From Kudoa neothunni (taxonomy: Eukaryota; Animalia; Cnidaria): a DNA stretch of 64,000 nt. This document shows positions 14,720 through 28,429 of this stretch, piece by piece (within the stretch, counting starts at the first letter, position 1; the number at the start of each line of letters is the position of its first letter). The position numbers were made by a program, and so were the translations under genes. The stretch is taken from contig OZ199840.1 of assembly GCA_964304625.1 (NCBI GenBank), positions 5,135,200 to 5,199,199 of the forward strand. Direction: 5' to 3'. The notes beneath the pieces were generated by a model. It did no database searches, had not been told where the DNA came from, and worked only from the letters and a program-made list of their open reading frames with translations.

Positions 14720-15681
14720 CTAGGGTGTGTTTGACACAATAGTTATACGAGAGGGTTGGAAACCTTTAAGTAGTTCTTGCACATCTGACAATTTTTGAGT
14801 GTTCGGTACGCTTGTACATTTATCTTTATCTATAATAATAATAATGTTTTTGAATAATTGTTTTGAAGGATTATATTATATTTTATGTATAATTTTATTG
14901 TATTACCCTCATCTGATGATTTAACTACGCAAAAGTTATCTGAGGTACATTTGGCGTATGCATCATTATAGCATTTTTCCTTATTCTAAATTCGAGTAAA
15001 ATATTTCATATAAATATTCCTTAAAATACCGGATTAAAACCAAGGGATCCATGTCTTCTAGCATTGTTGAATGATAAATATCTATAATGTGGATTTTCAG
15101 TCTCTTCAACATATCTTTTGTAGAAGATATTCTAGCTAAGTTATAGAGAATATTTTGTATACTCGACAATACCACACATGGAACGCAGTTACTGGGGAAT
15201 TCAAAGTTTTCGACTGTCAAAAGTTATTAATTAGTTAAATAGTGTATTGATTTGTTAAAATTATCTACTTTCATTTCCATTCATCTTACAGAACTTGGTA
15301 AGTAATAGATCGGGTTTTGGAAACTGATTGATCCATTTTTTCAAATCTCCTAACGCATATGCAATATCCACAGCCTATTTAACAATTATTAGTATTACTT
15401 ATTTAAGAATATAGTTGCCTATTACCAATATGACATTTTTTTTTTCGTAATAATTCTTTATATCCGTAAGCGAATCAATGAGTTGACGTCGAGCACAAAG
15501 CTTCAGTGATAACTAATTAATTTTTTAGATGATCAAACTCTAAAATTCATTTATGTCTTACGTCTGTTCCATATACCCCAAAAGGAATAACATACGCATA
15601 GATACCTATCAATATTTATTAATTCATATTAATTAAATGATTACCGATTAAAACAATAAAATAATGACCTAAAATTCCCAT
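14720..15681 (-). CDS. Secreted Cys-rich saposin-like family, subfamily A, copy A4 (8 exons)
   Basis: MGILGHYFIVLIGIYAYVIPFGVYGTD|LSLKLCARRQLIDSLTDIKNYYEKKNVIL|AVDIAYALGDLKKWINQFPKPDLLLTKFCKMNGNE|IENFEFPSNCVPCV|NIFYKRYVEETENPH...GFNP|NKEKCYNDAYAKCTSDNFCVVKSSDE|DKDKCTSVPNTQKLSDVQELLKGFQPSRITIVSNTP*. Same phases and 41-nt micro-exon (15173-15213). Confidence 0.8.
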
Positions 15682-16733
15682 CGTAAATTGTTAAATGATT
15701 TATTATCACGATTCATTTTATACGATCAATCAGAGATAAATTTCAATTACGTTTAATTTTATGATTATTTCCAAGATAATATAACAACTGAATTTCAAAT
15801 AAATTATCAAAATATCCTTTCTATAGATGTTCCATTGTTTCGAACTGATTAAGATTAGATTATTTCGATCCACAAAAAAATGCTTAAAATACATAAATTG
15901 TGGTGAGGATAATTGTGTTGATAATTTCTTTTATATATGCAATCAGTTAATTAATACTAGTAACAATATCAAACTTTATATATGAATTTTCTGATTGTAG
16001 TGATCATAATTTCACAACCATTATTAATTTAGATACACCTATTATTTGACACGTGATCAATTTATGAATTATTACAATATAAATTAAAATTTTTAATCAT
16101 AAAAAATAAATCATTACGTATGTATATTTTTGTTTTGTTTTTAATTAACAAATTCTCACATCAAAAGAATATCTTGGTATTAATCGATCATAGTATAATA
16201 TAAAATTTATCATTGAAAATTAAAAAACTCATCATTTCACAATTTAATACACAAATTATTCATTTTTCGTAATTATATTTTTTTAATTTTGTTTAACAAA
16301 AAGTATATTAAATACAAATGTGTTATAATAAAACTACACTACAATAAACTAATAATGAATTTCTTGACAAATACATTCTTTTAATTTAAAAGTTATAAAT
16401 TACATTTTGGAAATAATTAGTTTACGATATTTACGTTAAATTAAATACTCAAATCGTACAACTTGCGAAACTCCGTAGATATTCGTTATTTGAAGGGCGA
16501 ATAGAGTCTATTTAATTTATGTTAATAGTCTCATCATTATGATCAAGATAAATTAACAATAGTTTTTACCTTTTTAGATGTGAACAATAGATGTGTATAA
16601 TAAATTGTATCGATTATATATGGTTTTCGTCATCATTTTAGTGAAGCAAATGAAATATTTTAATTAACCTTACCGCATTATAATTAGAACAGTGTTAATT
16701 TTATAATATTTTTAAAATTAAAAAATGTTTTAA

Positions 16734-18822
16734 CCCCCCTATACGCATTAGGGATCAAAAATGGGCCCAGCCTCTTTTATCATTGACTTTCTTAAAATCT
16801 CTCTTACAGAACTTTAAGTAATTTTTCAAAATTTATGTTATTATTTTATTAATTAAAAATATTTACTTAAATAAAATAAATTTAAACATTATTAAATCAT
16901 CGAAACATTAAAATTTCCGCCCCCCCCCCAAATTTGGGGCATTTTTGACTCTCATCCTTTATTGGAAAATCGATGATAATTACTCTATTAATTCTATATA
17001 TAATACCAAATTCAACTATTTAATAATAATATAATTTTAAGAATAAGTAAAATAATTTTGATGAAGAGATAAATCTGAGTTTTTAATATGTCACGTGATC
17101 GCAGAGATTCAAAATCAACTGAACTTTGGACTGTTTTAGAGATTAACACGAAATTCTATTGGATGACACTGATTCGGAGTTTAGCAACTATTTAATTGAC
17201 AATCCTACATCCGATTATGATGATTCGGAAGAAGAAGAATTAACACTGGATTGATTGCCACGTTGACTTCAAAAGATGGATAAAGTGGTCTAAACAACCA
17301 ACAAGAAGCCAACGAAGAACTATAGCGCAAAATATTCTTAAATACCAACCAGGTTTCAAACCACATGTACTGAAACCATCGGTTACCCCGCTCATGGCAT
17401 TTTTAAACTTTTTTGACAACAAAATCCTTGATTTGATTGTTGAATGCACCAATCATTATTACATAAAAAACCATCGATAAAAATTAACTATGATTATCGA
17501 AGATGATCTAAAGGAACATATAGGTGATTGCATAATGATTGGTTTAATGAAGTGCAAAAATATGGATGTTCGTGAATTCTGGTCAACCTAAAATAAATTC
17601 ATCAATCTCTATTAATTTATTTGAAAAAATATCTTCCTGCATGCGGTTTGATAAAAGACAATCCAAAATACCAGATGATAAATTTACTCCTATAAGAGAA
17701 GTTTTTGAACACTTTATTGGAAATTATCGAACAAATTATACTCCAAATGAACAAATGACCGTTGATGAGCAACTAGTGACATTTAGAGGGAGATGTGGTT
17801 TCGAAATGTACTTTCCAAATAAACATGACCTAACCTAACCTGGACGGTATGGTATGGTATGGTGTTAAAATGTGGGCTTAGTGAGATTCAAAGAATGCTT
17901 ATCTATTCAATGCAAAAGTATATCTTGGAAAAGAAGATAGCAAATTACAGTTTAATCAAGGGAAAAATGTTGTTAAAACATTATGTGAACCGATTTTTAT
18001 ATCTGGTCGAAATATCACAACAGATAATTTTTTCACTACTGTTTCCCTCGTTAGGTTTCTACTTGGCCAAAAATTGACAATTGTAGGAACTGTTCGAAAA
18101 AATAAAAAATTGTTGATACTAGAGTATCAAATGTCAAAAGGAAATTAAGATAACAGTCAGTTCTTGTTCCAAGATATTACCACACTCGTCAAATACAACC
18201 CTAAGAAAAACAGATCGGTTGTCTTGTTGCCAACACTCCACAGAGATGCGAATATTGAAGAAGAAAGCCAAAAACCTGAAATTATATCTTACTATAATTC
18301 CACAAAAGGTGGAGATGATACTCTTGATCAATTAGTAAGATATCTGTCAGTAAAAAGAACAACACGAAGGTGGCCAATGGCTCTTTTCTATAGTTTCTTA
18401 AACATCGCTGCATATAATGCCTACTTGTTGAATTGCTAAAATCATCTCGCATTCTTTAATAAATATAGAAAGAGATCCAGAAGAGAATTTCTAAAATTAC
18501 TCTTTATCATTTAAAAGTCCCGAAACTGGCATTCCATCATTAAAAAGGGCCTGAAATCCTACAAAACAATGCTTCAAAATGACGCCAAATATGTATTCGT
18601 TCGAGGAGATTGAAAACGTTAGCACAGTGCAAATTATACAATAAAAAGGCGTGCAAACTTCATAATAAAGAAGAAATAATTTGCATTGAATGTTTAAACT
18701 CAAACAATATCGATTAGAATTTTTCGAATTTTAAAAGCGTTTTTATGTGTTTATTTTTTAGTAGTGGTCAAAAATGACCTCCATTGCGAGTTAAAGTAAT
18801 TTTTTGTGGGTTCGTGCGAGTG
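16734..18822 (+). mobile_element. piggyBac transposon, frameshifted/inactive transposase
   Basis: Fragments CMRFDK, TVDEQLVTFRGRC, ITTDNFF, YYNSTKGGDDTLDQ, RTTRRWPMALF are canonical piggyBac DDD motifs; TTAA at 16730-16733 and 18823-18826; palindromic GGxxCAAAAATGxCC subterminal motifs. A second, outer pair of end-like sequences (~16668, ~19012) suggests nesting. Confidence 0.9.
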
Positions 18823-19036
18823 TTAACACTTGTATTGAGGGGCCAATTTTTACTTTAATCAAGTTTGGGATCGTTTTTGACCCCTATATACAAATAGTAG
18901 TTTTGCGAATAGATTACTCCATGTAAAAGATTAAAATGTTAATATTTTTTAAATCATAATTATCTAATTATAATTTAAGATGCAATTTTCACAAAATATT
19001 GTAATACGAAGGTTATACAAGTTTCATAAAAGTTAA

Positions 19037-19199
19037 ACCCATTAAGGGTTCTATTTATCAAATTAAACAAAAACTTACAAAAAAGTACAATAATAATTTT
19101 TATTGTACTTTATGAAATAAGATTTTAAAATAATATCTTTACGCAAAGAAAAATAGATTTTACAAAAGTGCAGAAAAGGGAACGCAAACCCTTAATTGG
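19037..19199. mobile_element. ~163-bp non-autonomous piggyBac-type MITE
   Basis: TTAA|acccattaagggtt ... aacccttaattgg|TTAA; carries the subterminal 'aaaagggaacg' motif also present in the 28430-30716 element. Confidence 0.6.
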
Positions 19200-19352
19200 T
19201 TAATGACAAGTTGAACCTTTGTTATTATGCTCTTTTGGGAAAATAGAACATCTTATCATGTAATTTAAATATCGAATGCGCGAAATTTGATTCAGATTAT
19301 CAATGCCGTATTTATTAAAATTTCTCCAATAATACTAACACTATATTTTCTT

Positions 19353-22300
19353 CTGGTTCAGGGGGTACAATCATATTTCTGCTGCGGGGCCGGATTTTAA
19401 TACAAAAATATATTATTAATATAAATTGAATCTCATATTAAATAAAAATTAATAAAAAATATAAATAAATTTGGTTTCTATTTTTTCTTCGGTCGGTCTT
19501 CCTTGATCCATCCAACCTAGCTAGAGAAAAAGTCCATCCACTAACAAGCTTGATGTGAAAACACTCAGGCTGTTTTTAAATTTACTCAAAAAATAATTTG
19601 GAATTTATTTGAAAATTTTTAGTGGATTATATCCATAGAATTTAGAGTTTATTTACATCTGATACAAAATATTATCTGGCTTGGCTCAATCTTCGTGGAT
19701 TATTTTCTTCAAATTTAACGCCTTGCGTTAAGTGGTGTAAACAAAAGTTATAATCTAACCACTAAAGGAGTGGATAACCTCAAAAAATTCACCGAAAACG
19801 CTCCTCTTAATTCACCTACCAGAATGGCTCAAATAATGTAAACTTTTTTCTTAAATAATCCCATTTTTCAATATAACCCCAATTGGAGCATAATTTATCT
19901 TCTAAGTAAATTGGGTTAGATTTCTACCTTAAGTGAATCTTGCCAACAACAATATAGTGTGTAAATGGAACATAACTCCTCACCAATTTTTGTAATCTTT
20001 TATTTTTATAAAAGCTTACAGAAAAATTATTTGAAATTTTTTTTGTCATATCAAAAAGTTAATGTAAAAGTACCTTCCAAATATAATTGGGGGTAGAAAG
20101 CAACCCCACATTTTTTCATGAAATTAATTAAAATGTCAATACATGTGAATTTTAAATAATTACAAAAATTCTATTGATTAAAAAATGAATAAATAAAGAA
20201 ACATTATATGTGTGATTCTAGCACGCATGCGCAACAACGATATGGCTGTGTTGTTCTTTCCAGAATTCAACGATAGCTCCCCATTTTCTCATTATTATTA
20301 TTATTATTATTATTATACCAGTTATTCAAAGTGCGATGAGTTCTCGTCGATGTGCTTATTTTCACGTTGTAGAGCGCATCCAAAAACATATGTGAAAACT
20401 GTTAATACATATTCTTAATTTCGTATTGTAAAGAACGTTAAAAGATAAATGATATAATTTTATAAAGTTTTGACAAGTTTTATGTTTTATTAAATGTTTA
20501 AAAACATATATAATAATTTTTTGTGAAATAAACACTGTTTTCTATCATTTTCTTTTTTTGGGAATTTTTACACTGAGTTGTTAAAAATAAGATAAATTAA
20601 TTGACAGCTGATATGAAATTTGAAATAAATGTAAAAGCTAATAAACCGCGGAAATGTAACAACATAAATTCGCGCGCATGCGTATATAAAATATAACATG
20701 AATAGTAGGTCATTTATTCAAAATTTACATGTTGAATTTTTCTCTTATTTTATCAGTCAATGCTGACTTATATTTGAGACAATTTCGTCAAATAAAAAAG
20801 TGTGGTATATTTTTACCCAATTTTTATTTGGAGGGTATAAATTTTTTTTAGCTACTAATAAGTTAAAATATAATCTCCGAAGAAGTATTCTTCAACGTTA
20901 AAATTCAAAAATAAACTTTTTTCAGTTATTAAATCCTGATATGTCTGTAAAAATCGATGTTTCTCTGTCTGTCTGATAAAAGGACCAGCGTTGCCAATGA
21001 TATCCTATTTTTCTCACGCTTAATTTAAGAATGGCTGGCCCATCAAAAAACACTATAATAAAACAAAGCACTTTCCATGCATTCCAAGAAAAATGGAAAA
21101 CTAATAGATCTTGGCTTCAGTACGAGAATTCTTAAAATAAATTTATTTGTAATTGGTGTAATGCCTCATTTCAGCTTAAAATATCAGCAGTTGATGATCA
21201 TGAAATTTATAAATATTAATAACAACGACCATGATAATATTTCGGTTTTACATTCTAAGAGACATATCAATATTAAATATAGAATTAACTTACCAAAAAT
21301 ATACAAAAACAAATATGTCTTTAAATCAAAAACCTCCGTCTATACCAAAATATGAGAAATACGATTTTCGGCATCAATTACCATGTATACTCCTATACTT
21401 CTATACTCCTACTGTAGTAGCGGACCATTTAAGAACTATTATGAAGCTAATTATGTGTATAAATACAGACTGTTCAAATCTTGGAAAGGACTTTCATGTT
21501 CATCTCATCATATGTTCTGCTATCTTCAATAATGTGTATGAACTAAATTTTACTTATTTTATTTTTATATTAAGGTAATAACAAAATCAATTTAGATGAA
21601 ATTGAAATATGACTCGAAGGATCAACCGTTTTCAATTTTTAAATGATGAATTGTCAGACATAAATATATAACCTCACTTGGACATAGTTGTTTTATTCTA
21701 TTCTATTGTGGAGAAAACAATTTTCACTCGTTTACTTGAAATTAAGGAAATTGAAAAAATAGACGCCGAAACTATTTTTAAATACCGTGATAATTCGATT
21801 TCATCATTCGGAATAAACTACAAGAATTTAATGGGATATGGATCTGACGGAGTTTCTAGTTTCTATAATAGCCGGAATAAATAATAATGTTTGGACTTGA
21901 ATACTTAATAAAAATTCGAATGTAACTCGATTTATTCGTCTATGCCATTAGCTCAACAAAGTTATTGAAGAAGCGTTTTCTGAACATCCACCAAACATGA
22001 TTGGTATTTTGAAAAATATTCCAAAGTGGTTCAATAGGGCAGTAAAATGAATATGGAATATGTGAGAGTTTATGAAATCTTTGTAGAGTCGTCTATTTCA
22101 GATTATTTTGATGGTGTGGATCCTCCATTTAAAATGTACACTCAAAAAAGATGGCTTTGTAGAAGTGAAATAATTGAGCTTCTGATCAATAATTGGGACA
22201 ATCCTGTTCTATATTTTACAAGTATCTTACCCAAACTTAAAGATGACCAAAAATATAAAGCACAAGTTAATCATGATCTCCTAAAATATATTAAGCATAA

Positions 22301-23353
22301 GAAGCTGTTCATTATTGTATCCCCGATTATAAAATTTCTGGAGGAAAATAACAAGCTATTTCAAATGAAATTTATTGATCCATAGATTGCAATCGAACAG
22401 ATTAATTTATTGGTGAAATCTTTTGATTCTAGTTTGTACAATCATCAGAAAACTACCAAACCAATTAAATGAAATCGATTATGGGTTTAAATTCATGGAG
22501 TTAACTCCAGAATTCGAAACTAAAATCCTAGCCAAGAGATGTCTTGAAAATATTTTATGTGAATTAAGCGCTAGAACTTTTGATTCATATAAGAAAATAA
22601 AAAAGTTGTTTTTTTAAAACCAACTTACGTGTTATACAATAAACATCAAACCTCAATTTCATATGTTTTCAGCGAATTCATTTATGAACGAAATAAATTG
22701 GAATCAATTTTTAGGGTGTAAAGATGTCCCAAAATTGAATTCACTTGAATTTATGGGGTAAGAATTCTGAACACAATGATTTAAATTCCATTGGAAAATA
22801 TTGCATTTTGCTTATTTTACTTCCCGTATGCAACACTTCCATGGAGAGAATATTTTCATCTGTTGGAGCTTTCAAGACTCTCAGGTGGAAAAAAATGTTG
22901 TGTTCGACACTGATGGATAGCCTGATTCGAATAAGAGAATTTTTCAATATGTCAACTCACCGTTATCATAATTATAACGTTAGCGAAACAACGTTAAATT
23001 TACATAACATTAATATGTATAATTTGATTTATTTTGATAAATTGTTTCGTTTCTCCGATTGTTTTCGGCTATAATTTTGCGAAATATCCATGTCTGATTT
23101 GTGTTGGTAGTGCTAAGGTGATCCTCTATTTATACCGACTAAAACATTAGAGTAAACGACAAAGAATGTCGTATTGGATTAGGTGAGATACTAGTTTTCG
23201 ATTTTCTTGTTAATTTGTCAATGGAATTATATAGGGGTTTCTCAATTAATTAATTAATTATAAATTTTCATGTTAATATAAACAAAAAACCCTGAGGTGT
23301 ATTTCACCTCAACCCCGTTAGAGGATGGAATTTTTTAGCATAACCTGAACCTA
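19353..23353 (+). mobile_element. hAT transposon, fragmented transposase
   Basis: Zn-finger-like FQEKWKTNRSWLQY..FICNWC (~21080-21160), MGYGSDGVS, QKRWLCR, and hATC dimerisation motif LPVCNTSMERIFSSVGAFKT (22745-23074); TIR-like ctggttcagg / cctgaaccta; 8-bp TSD not recognisable. Confidence 0.85.
20073..20835. mobile_element. Long-TIR, TA-flanked non-autonomous element (MITE/foldback) nested in the hAT
   Basis: TA|ccttccaaatataattggggg... versus ...ttttacccaatttttatttggaggg|TA; inverted similarity continues inward (cacgcatgcgca ~20222 / cgcgcatgcgta ~20673). Confidence 0.6.
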
Positions 23354-23408
23354 TATATTAGCCAAGTATTTGATATATAGTACGATTAACAATTATAGGA
23401 GAATATCG

Positions 23409-24236
23409 TTAATATAAATTTTCTATGAGAAGTTTGTTAAATTTTATACCCACATTAAAAGTAGTTTGGGCTGGAATAAAACTCAGATATGTTAAAGCAG
23501 TGTTTCCTAACGTGGTGGGGATCGACAAAATTTTTGTGAAACACGGTAATTTTTGTACGTTTAATGAACCACTCTGGTGGGACGCGAAAAACCCTGGGTA
23601 TTGTTGTAACACGGTTAATAGTGAAACAATTGATCAGTCTGGTATATATTGAAGTCAATATTGCATATTTATAAATGACAATTAATATCATAGAAACTAT
23701 AAATAGCAATGACTAATTACATAGAAATTAATAATAAAATTTAAAGTGTCCTTCACCCGAATATAACCAAAATGGTTTAATCTCAACCTTGTCACATTCA
23801 GAATCATATATCCCATTTTTGGTTAAATCTAATATAAATCGGTTAACTTTAAATATTGACTATTTATTTTGAGTTTATAAGTCACATACACAAGAAAAGT
23901 TTTCCTAATTAAGATTGAAATACACCGAATTTCACTTGATGCTGTTGTTGACGGAATGAAGAACTAAATATGTTAATTTTTGGGGTCCACTAATAAATTT
24001 AGTTAGATCGTGTCGAAAACATTTTAATTTTATTTAGAAAAAATATATATATATATATATATATTAAATTCTATGTAGGTTTCACTTGATAGGAAGCTTT
24101 ATTCAATGTTATGAATAGTTTGGGTTAAAAAAATAATACTTCATCAAATTAAAGACGATGAAAAATAAAACGTAATATTACAAATAATGCACAATAGATA
24201 CTTACTACGCAATCCTGCTTGATATTGTAGTAACAT
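23409..24236 (-). pseudogene. Possible degenerate member of the Cys-rich family
   Basis: Splice-site pattern with phases 1-0-0-1; exon ending ...KASYQ| (cf. KHEQ|), KVNRFI (cf. INRFV), VIAIYSFYDINCHL* (cf. IIKLYSPGYCMPCV), LTVLQQYPGF (cf. TDMLQLYPDL); two or more in-frame stops. Weak. Confidence 0.3.
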
Positions 24237-25019
24237 TGTCTTTAAAAATTTGAAAAATATAATTTTATTAAGTAATTATTATCATTTAGTAATTAGATTT
24301 GTAGTGTTTGAATTTTTTTTTATTTCGACGCGTGCTGAATAATTTAATCTATTAGCTGATTTGCTTCGACGATTTTTTTTCATACGAGGTTTTCGGTAAT
24401 TATAAACCTTTTAATATGTTTTTGTCACTAAGTCTTTTTTACGGTTATATTATGATATTTTTACATTCCACTCGCACCGTTGTTAACATAATATCCTTGA
24501 TTTAAATGCAACATAGTAAGCTGTATAATAGATGTTATACATCCTAGTTTACCTTGTGCAATGTAGTACTTCTAGAATGCATAAGTTTGAAATATAAAAA
24601 TACTAAATTATATTTTTAGTTATTGATTTATTGTATCACACTCTATAAACTCTAAATAGCACTGTAATATTTAGGGTCATGTAGGGTGAAAATTTGATAT
24701 TTTATAAACAAATTTATTTTTCGGATAAAATAAATAATATAAATTAGAATTATTCATATATTTTAAATTATATCTGCAATTAAATAAATTTTATTCTTCT
24801 AATTTTTTTAACATGATTACGTTTCTAATATTTTCTTGTTATATATTTTATAATAAATGTTATTATTTAGATATAAATAACATAAATGTTGTTGGTAAAT
24901 GCCGATTTTAATCAAAAAAGTGTAAATTGTCAATATATGACAAATGAATAACAAAAAAAAACAAATTTAATCCATCGAATTATAATGCGACTAGTAACTG
25001 AATTTATAATAGCTCATCT

Positions 25020-26050
25020 TCATAATTCCACATGTAGTAAAACTCCTCTAACATTTAGTCCAAAATTTTCTCTCAAGAAATCTTTAATGGAGGATCCGTT
25101 TTGCCTACATTGATATCCATGGGGACATTCAGCTACAATGATTTACTCATTAACATATTATTCGCACTTTATGTAATATACAAGCATTTGTATCAGTTTG
25201 AGATCCTTCTTGACTTAATTCTGAATAACATTCAATTATGATCATATCATATGCATATATATATATATATATTAATAAGCATTATTACATTAGTTAAATA
25301 AATATTTTCTATAAGTGATAAAAATTAAAATATTACCGTAAATTTGATCACAAAGCCCAACGTCCATGCAATTAACTTGAGCATTTGCTTTGCAATCCGA
25401 AATAATCTATGAAAATTTCAAGCAATATTACATATAAAGTAACTTGTCTAAAAGCTGGTATATCTATCGATATTTGATTATTTATTAATCGATTTATTTT
25501 ACATTCTTTGTCAATAATTTCCTATTTGCTTCTTACTCAAAATCATATAAATTAAATTAGTTACAATACAAACAAAACATATAGGAGATATATTAAAAAA
25601 CTGAACTAAATTTATTATTATTTTTTTATTACTAACTGTTGATATTGATGGTACTTGTGTTTCCGTTTATTCTGGCAAATCTATTACCGTGCACTGTAAT
25701 TAATGTAGAATTATTCACAAATTCCACCATGTCAAATGTGGCTTTATTGAGTAACTCAACCTATAATTTATTTGAACAATTAATAACATATTAAATACTT
25801 TAGTTGGACTAGTAAATAATGGATTCGTTGTTAAGTTATACAATGAAAGCGAAAGTTGTCTCAATGCCGTAGGAGACAATTCATACTACAAAAAATTTTT
25901 ATTTCAACAAAAAATTTATTTATGAATCAATACATGGGATGCAGATATTTTTATTACCATATCTTAACTATAATCAAAACAGTCAAAACACACCAAAGTA
26001 CAGCATGCCAGCGGGAACATCATCATATTCATCATACTGATCTGAATTAA
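25020..26050 (-). CDS. Cys-rich saposin-like family, subfamily A, divergent copy A5 (5' end unresolved)
   Basis: ...QYDEYDDVPAG..DMVIKISASH|YELSPTALRQLSLSLYNLTTNPLFTSPTK|VELLNKATFDMVEFVNNST...NRFARING...|IQFFNISPICFVCI|EIIDKECKINR...PAFRQ|IISDCKANAQVNCMDVGLCDQIY|...SECPHGYQCRQNGSSIKDFLRENFGLNVRGVLLHVEL*. 41-nt CxxC micro-exon at 25565-25605. Start codon and penultimate exons are uncertain. Confidence 0.7.
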
Positions 26051-28429
26051 TTTGCTAATGATTTAAATTCTGTTTACATGTTTAAATAGGATTTATTTAT
26101 CTCCTACTATCATTATTTATAAAATTCATTCAATTTCACCTTATAAACCTTAATTAAAATTGGTCTTGTTAACATTTTTGTATTATTTTTCAAGAATTTC
26201 TTTAGTATTGATAAAACATGGTTTCATACGTTTATTAGTTTTTTCTTATATTCAATAATTTTTTCATGTAACACAAACATAAATATATCTTATAAAATAA
26301 TTTAACATTAAAATACACAGTATATTGTTGTATTCTTCTTAAAATTGTCAATTATGGTTTTATCGGATAAAATATTATTATTTTCTAGTTTCAATATAAT
26401 GCATTGATTTTATAGTTTCTGTTTTAAATAAACTAAAATATATTTATAATGAGTTATTTATTAAAAAACATTATCTTTCTCGTCTAATCGATTTTTCAAA
26501 AATTATATTAAATATATTTAATGGAAATAACAATTAAAAAATATTGCCTATTATTATTTCGATAATAAATTATAGTCAGTATTAAACAATTATTGAAGAA
26601 ATATTCAAACAAAAAAATAGTATTCATTTGAGTTAAACCATGGTAGGAATTTACTTTAATAATGAACTTTACAAATTTTTTATCCTTAGTGATAATTTTG
26701 TTTCATTCAAATGATAAGATTGTACAGAATTATTTCTCAATCAACTATAGGCAGAATTACCAATATTTTATTAGATTACACTTAACTCTATAGGAATTAC
26801 AAATTAAACTTTTGATTCAAAGCTAGACGTATTTGCATAACATTTGATACATATTACAATTATATAGGAAATAAATAATTCAAATCAACTCAAATTTTTA
26901 TCAAATAATATTCCATATCTCATATCAAATAATAAGCATTGTATTATATGATTAATGCACATAATAAAAGACTCATTTTTTAATAATCAAACTCGAATCT
27001 TATATTTTTTTTGTAAATAATTATCAGTTAATGAATATCACCGATAAATAAATAAATTTTTGTGATAAGACAATAGTTATTCATTTCCATAATTTTATCC
27101 ATCTATTTAAGATCAATTTGATGAATAGAATTACAATAACAAAATTAAAGAAATATATTTCTCATCTTAAAAAATAACAAATAATTCCTATCCATAAATT
27201 ATTTTTAATACAATTTATAAATAATAAAATACTCAATTTATAATTAGTATATAATTCAAAAAGTAATTTAACTTTAGATTCAAATTAAATAAAATATATA
27301 TTCAAATTTATGAAATACGAATAATAATAATAATACAAAGTTATTGAATCAACGGATATTTGATTATTCTGATTAGTTAATCATCATATTTTATATTAAT
27401 CCCCTTATAAATAAATAATATATTTATATTCATGAATAAAAATCTCGAAGCATTCTCTCACTCGACATTAAATTATTTTTTCTTTCTCCAATCAGGGGAT
27501 TACTACGTTAGCTATTGTCATATGTAAAATTCAGATATTACATTTTTTTAATGTAACCAATTCAATATGATTAAATTCAACTATTCTACAAATAGTGACA
27601 TTGACTGACGTAGAATTATTTGTTACATGAATTTATGAAGCTAGCCAATATGATTCCAGAAAGTGAGTTTTGAAAAGTTAGACACAAAAAATGTTTAAGA
27701 CGTTTCATAAAATAATACGGACTATTGAAGTAAAATATAAATGTTTTGATATTAAAATATAGACTTTTTGCAATAATAAAATTATATTATGTATATAATT
27801 AAACAAAAATTTTAAATGTTCAACAAATCACAAAATTGACGGAAACGTGACAATTATTCATTTCACAAAATTATATTTTAAAATCCTATTATAGATGAAA
27901 TCAATTTCAACTGCGTCCTTGAGATCAAAAACGAATGTTACTCAAAATAATTAACTAAACATAATCATTTCTATGTAGTAAGCATATAATCAATGATATT
28001 TCTAGATATAATTAAAATTAATTTGAAAAAATTATATAAAACTATAAATAAACCAACTTTGAACATTATTTTATGTAGCTTAACATTTTATAATAATATT
28101 CTTAAGTATGCATTTTCACGTAAACCAATTTAAAAATTTTTTCCATTATTGTGTAAACATTGAAAAAACCAAAAACAGACTAAATTTCGCATGTCAATAG
28201 ATTTTTATCATCGATTCCAATTGTAAGGATGTTTAAAAATTAAAACTCTAATGAAATAAATAATAATCTTTAATGTAAACAATTACACAGAGAATCTGCT
28301 TGTGTGTATGTTGAATTTGCAATGCCATGATAAAAAATGTTCCTATTATCATGGAAGATTTTTAATAAAAGAATTCTGAATATGAATAATACTTTGTAAT
28401 TTGGTCATTTTATCAAAAATCCGTTCTAA

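Noticed and set aside
19660-19990. Coding-like segment inside the hAT 5' region
   Set aside because: All frames are broken and no motif could be assigned.
20212-20418. Poly-Tyr ORF
   Set aside because: TAT repeat inside a non-autonomous element.
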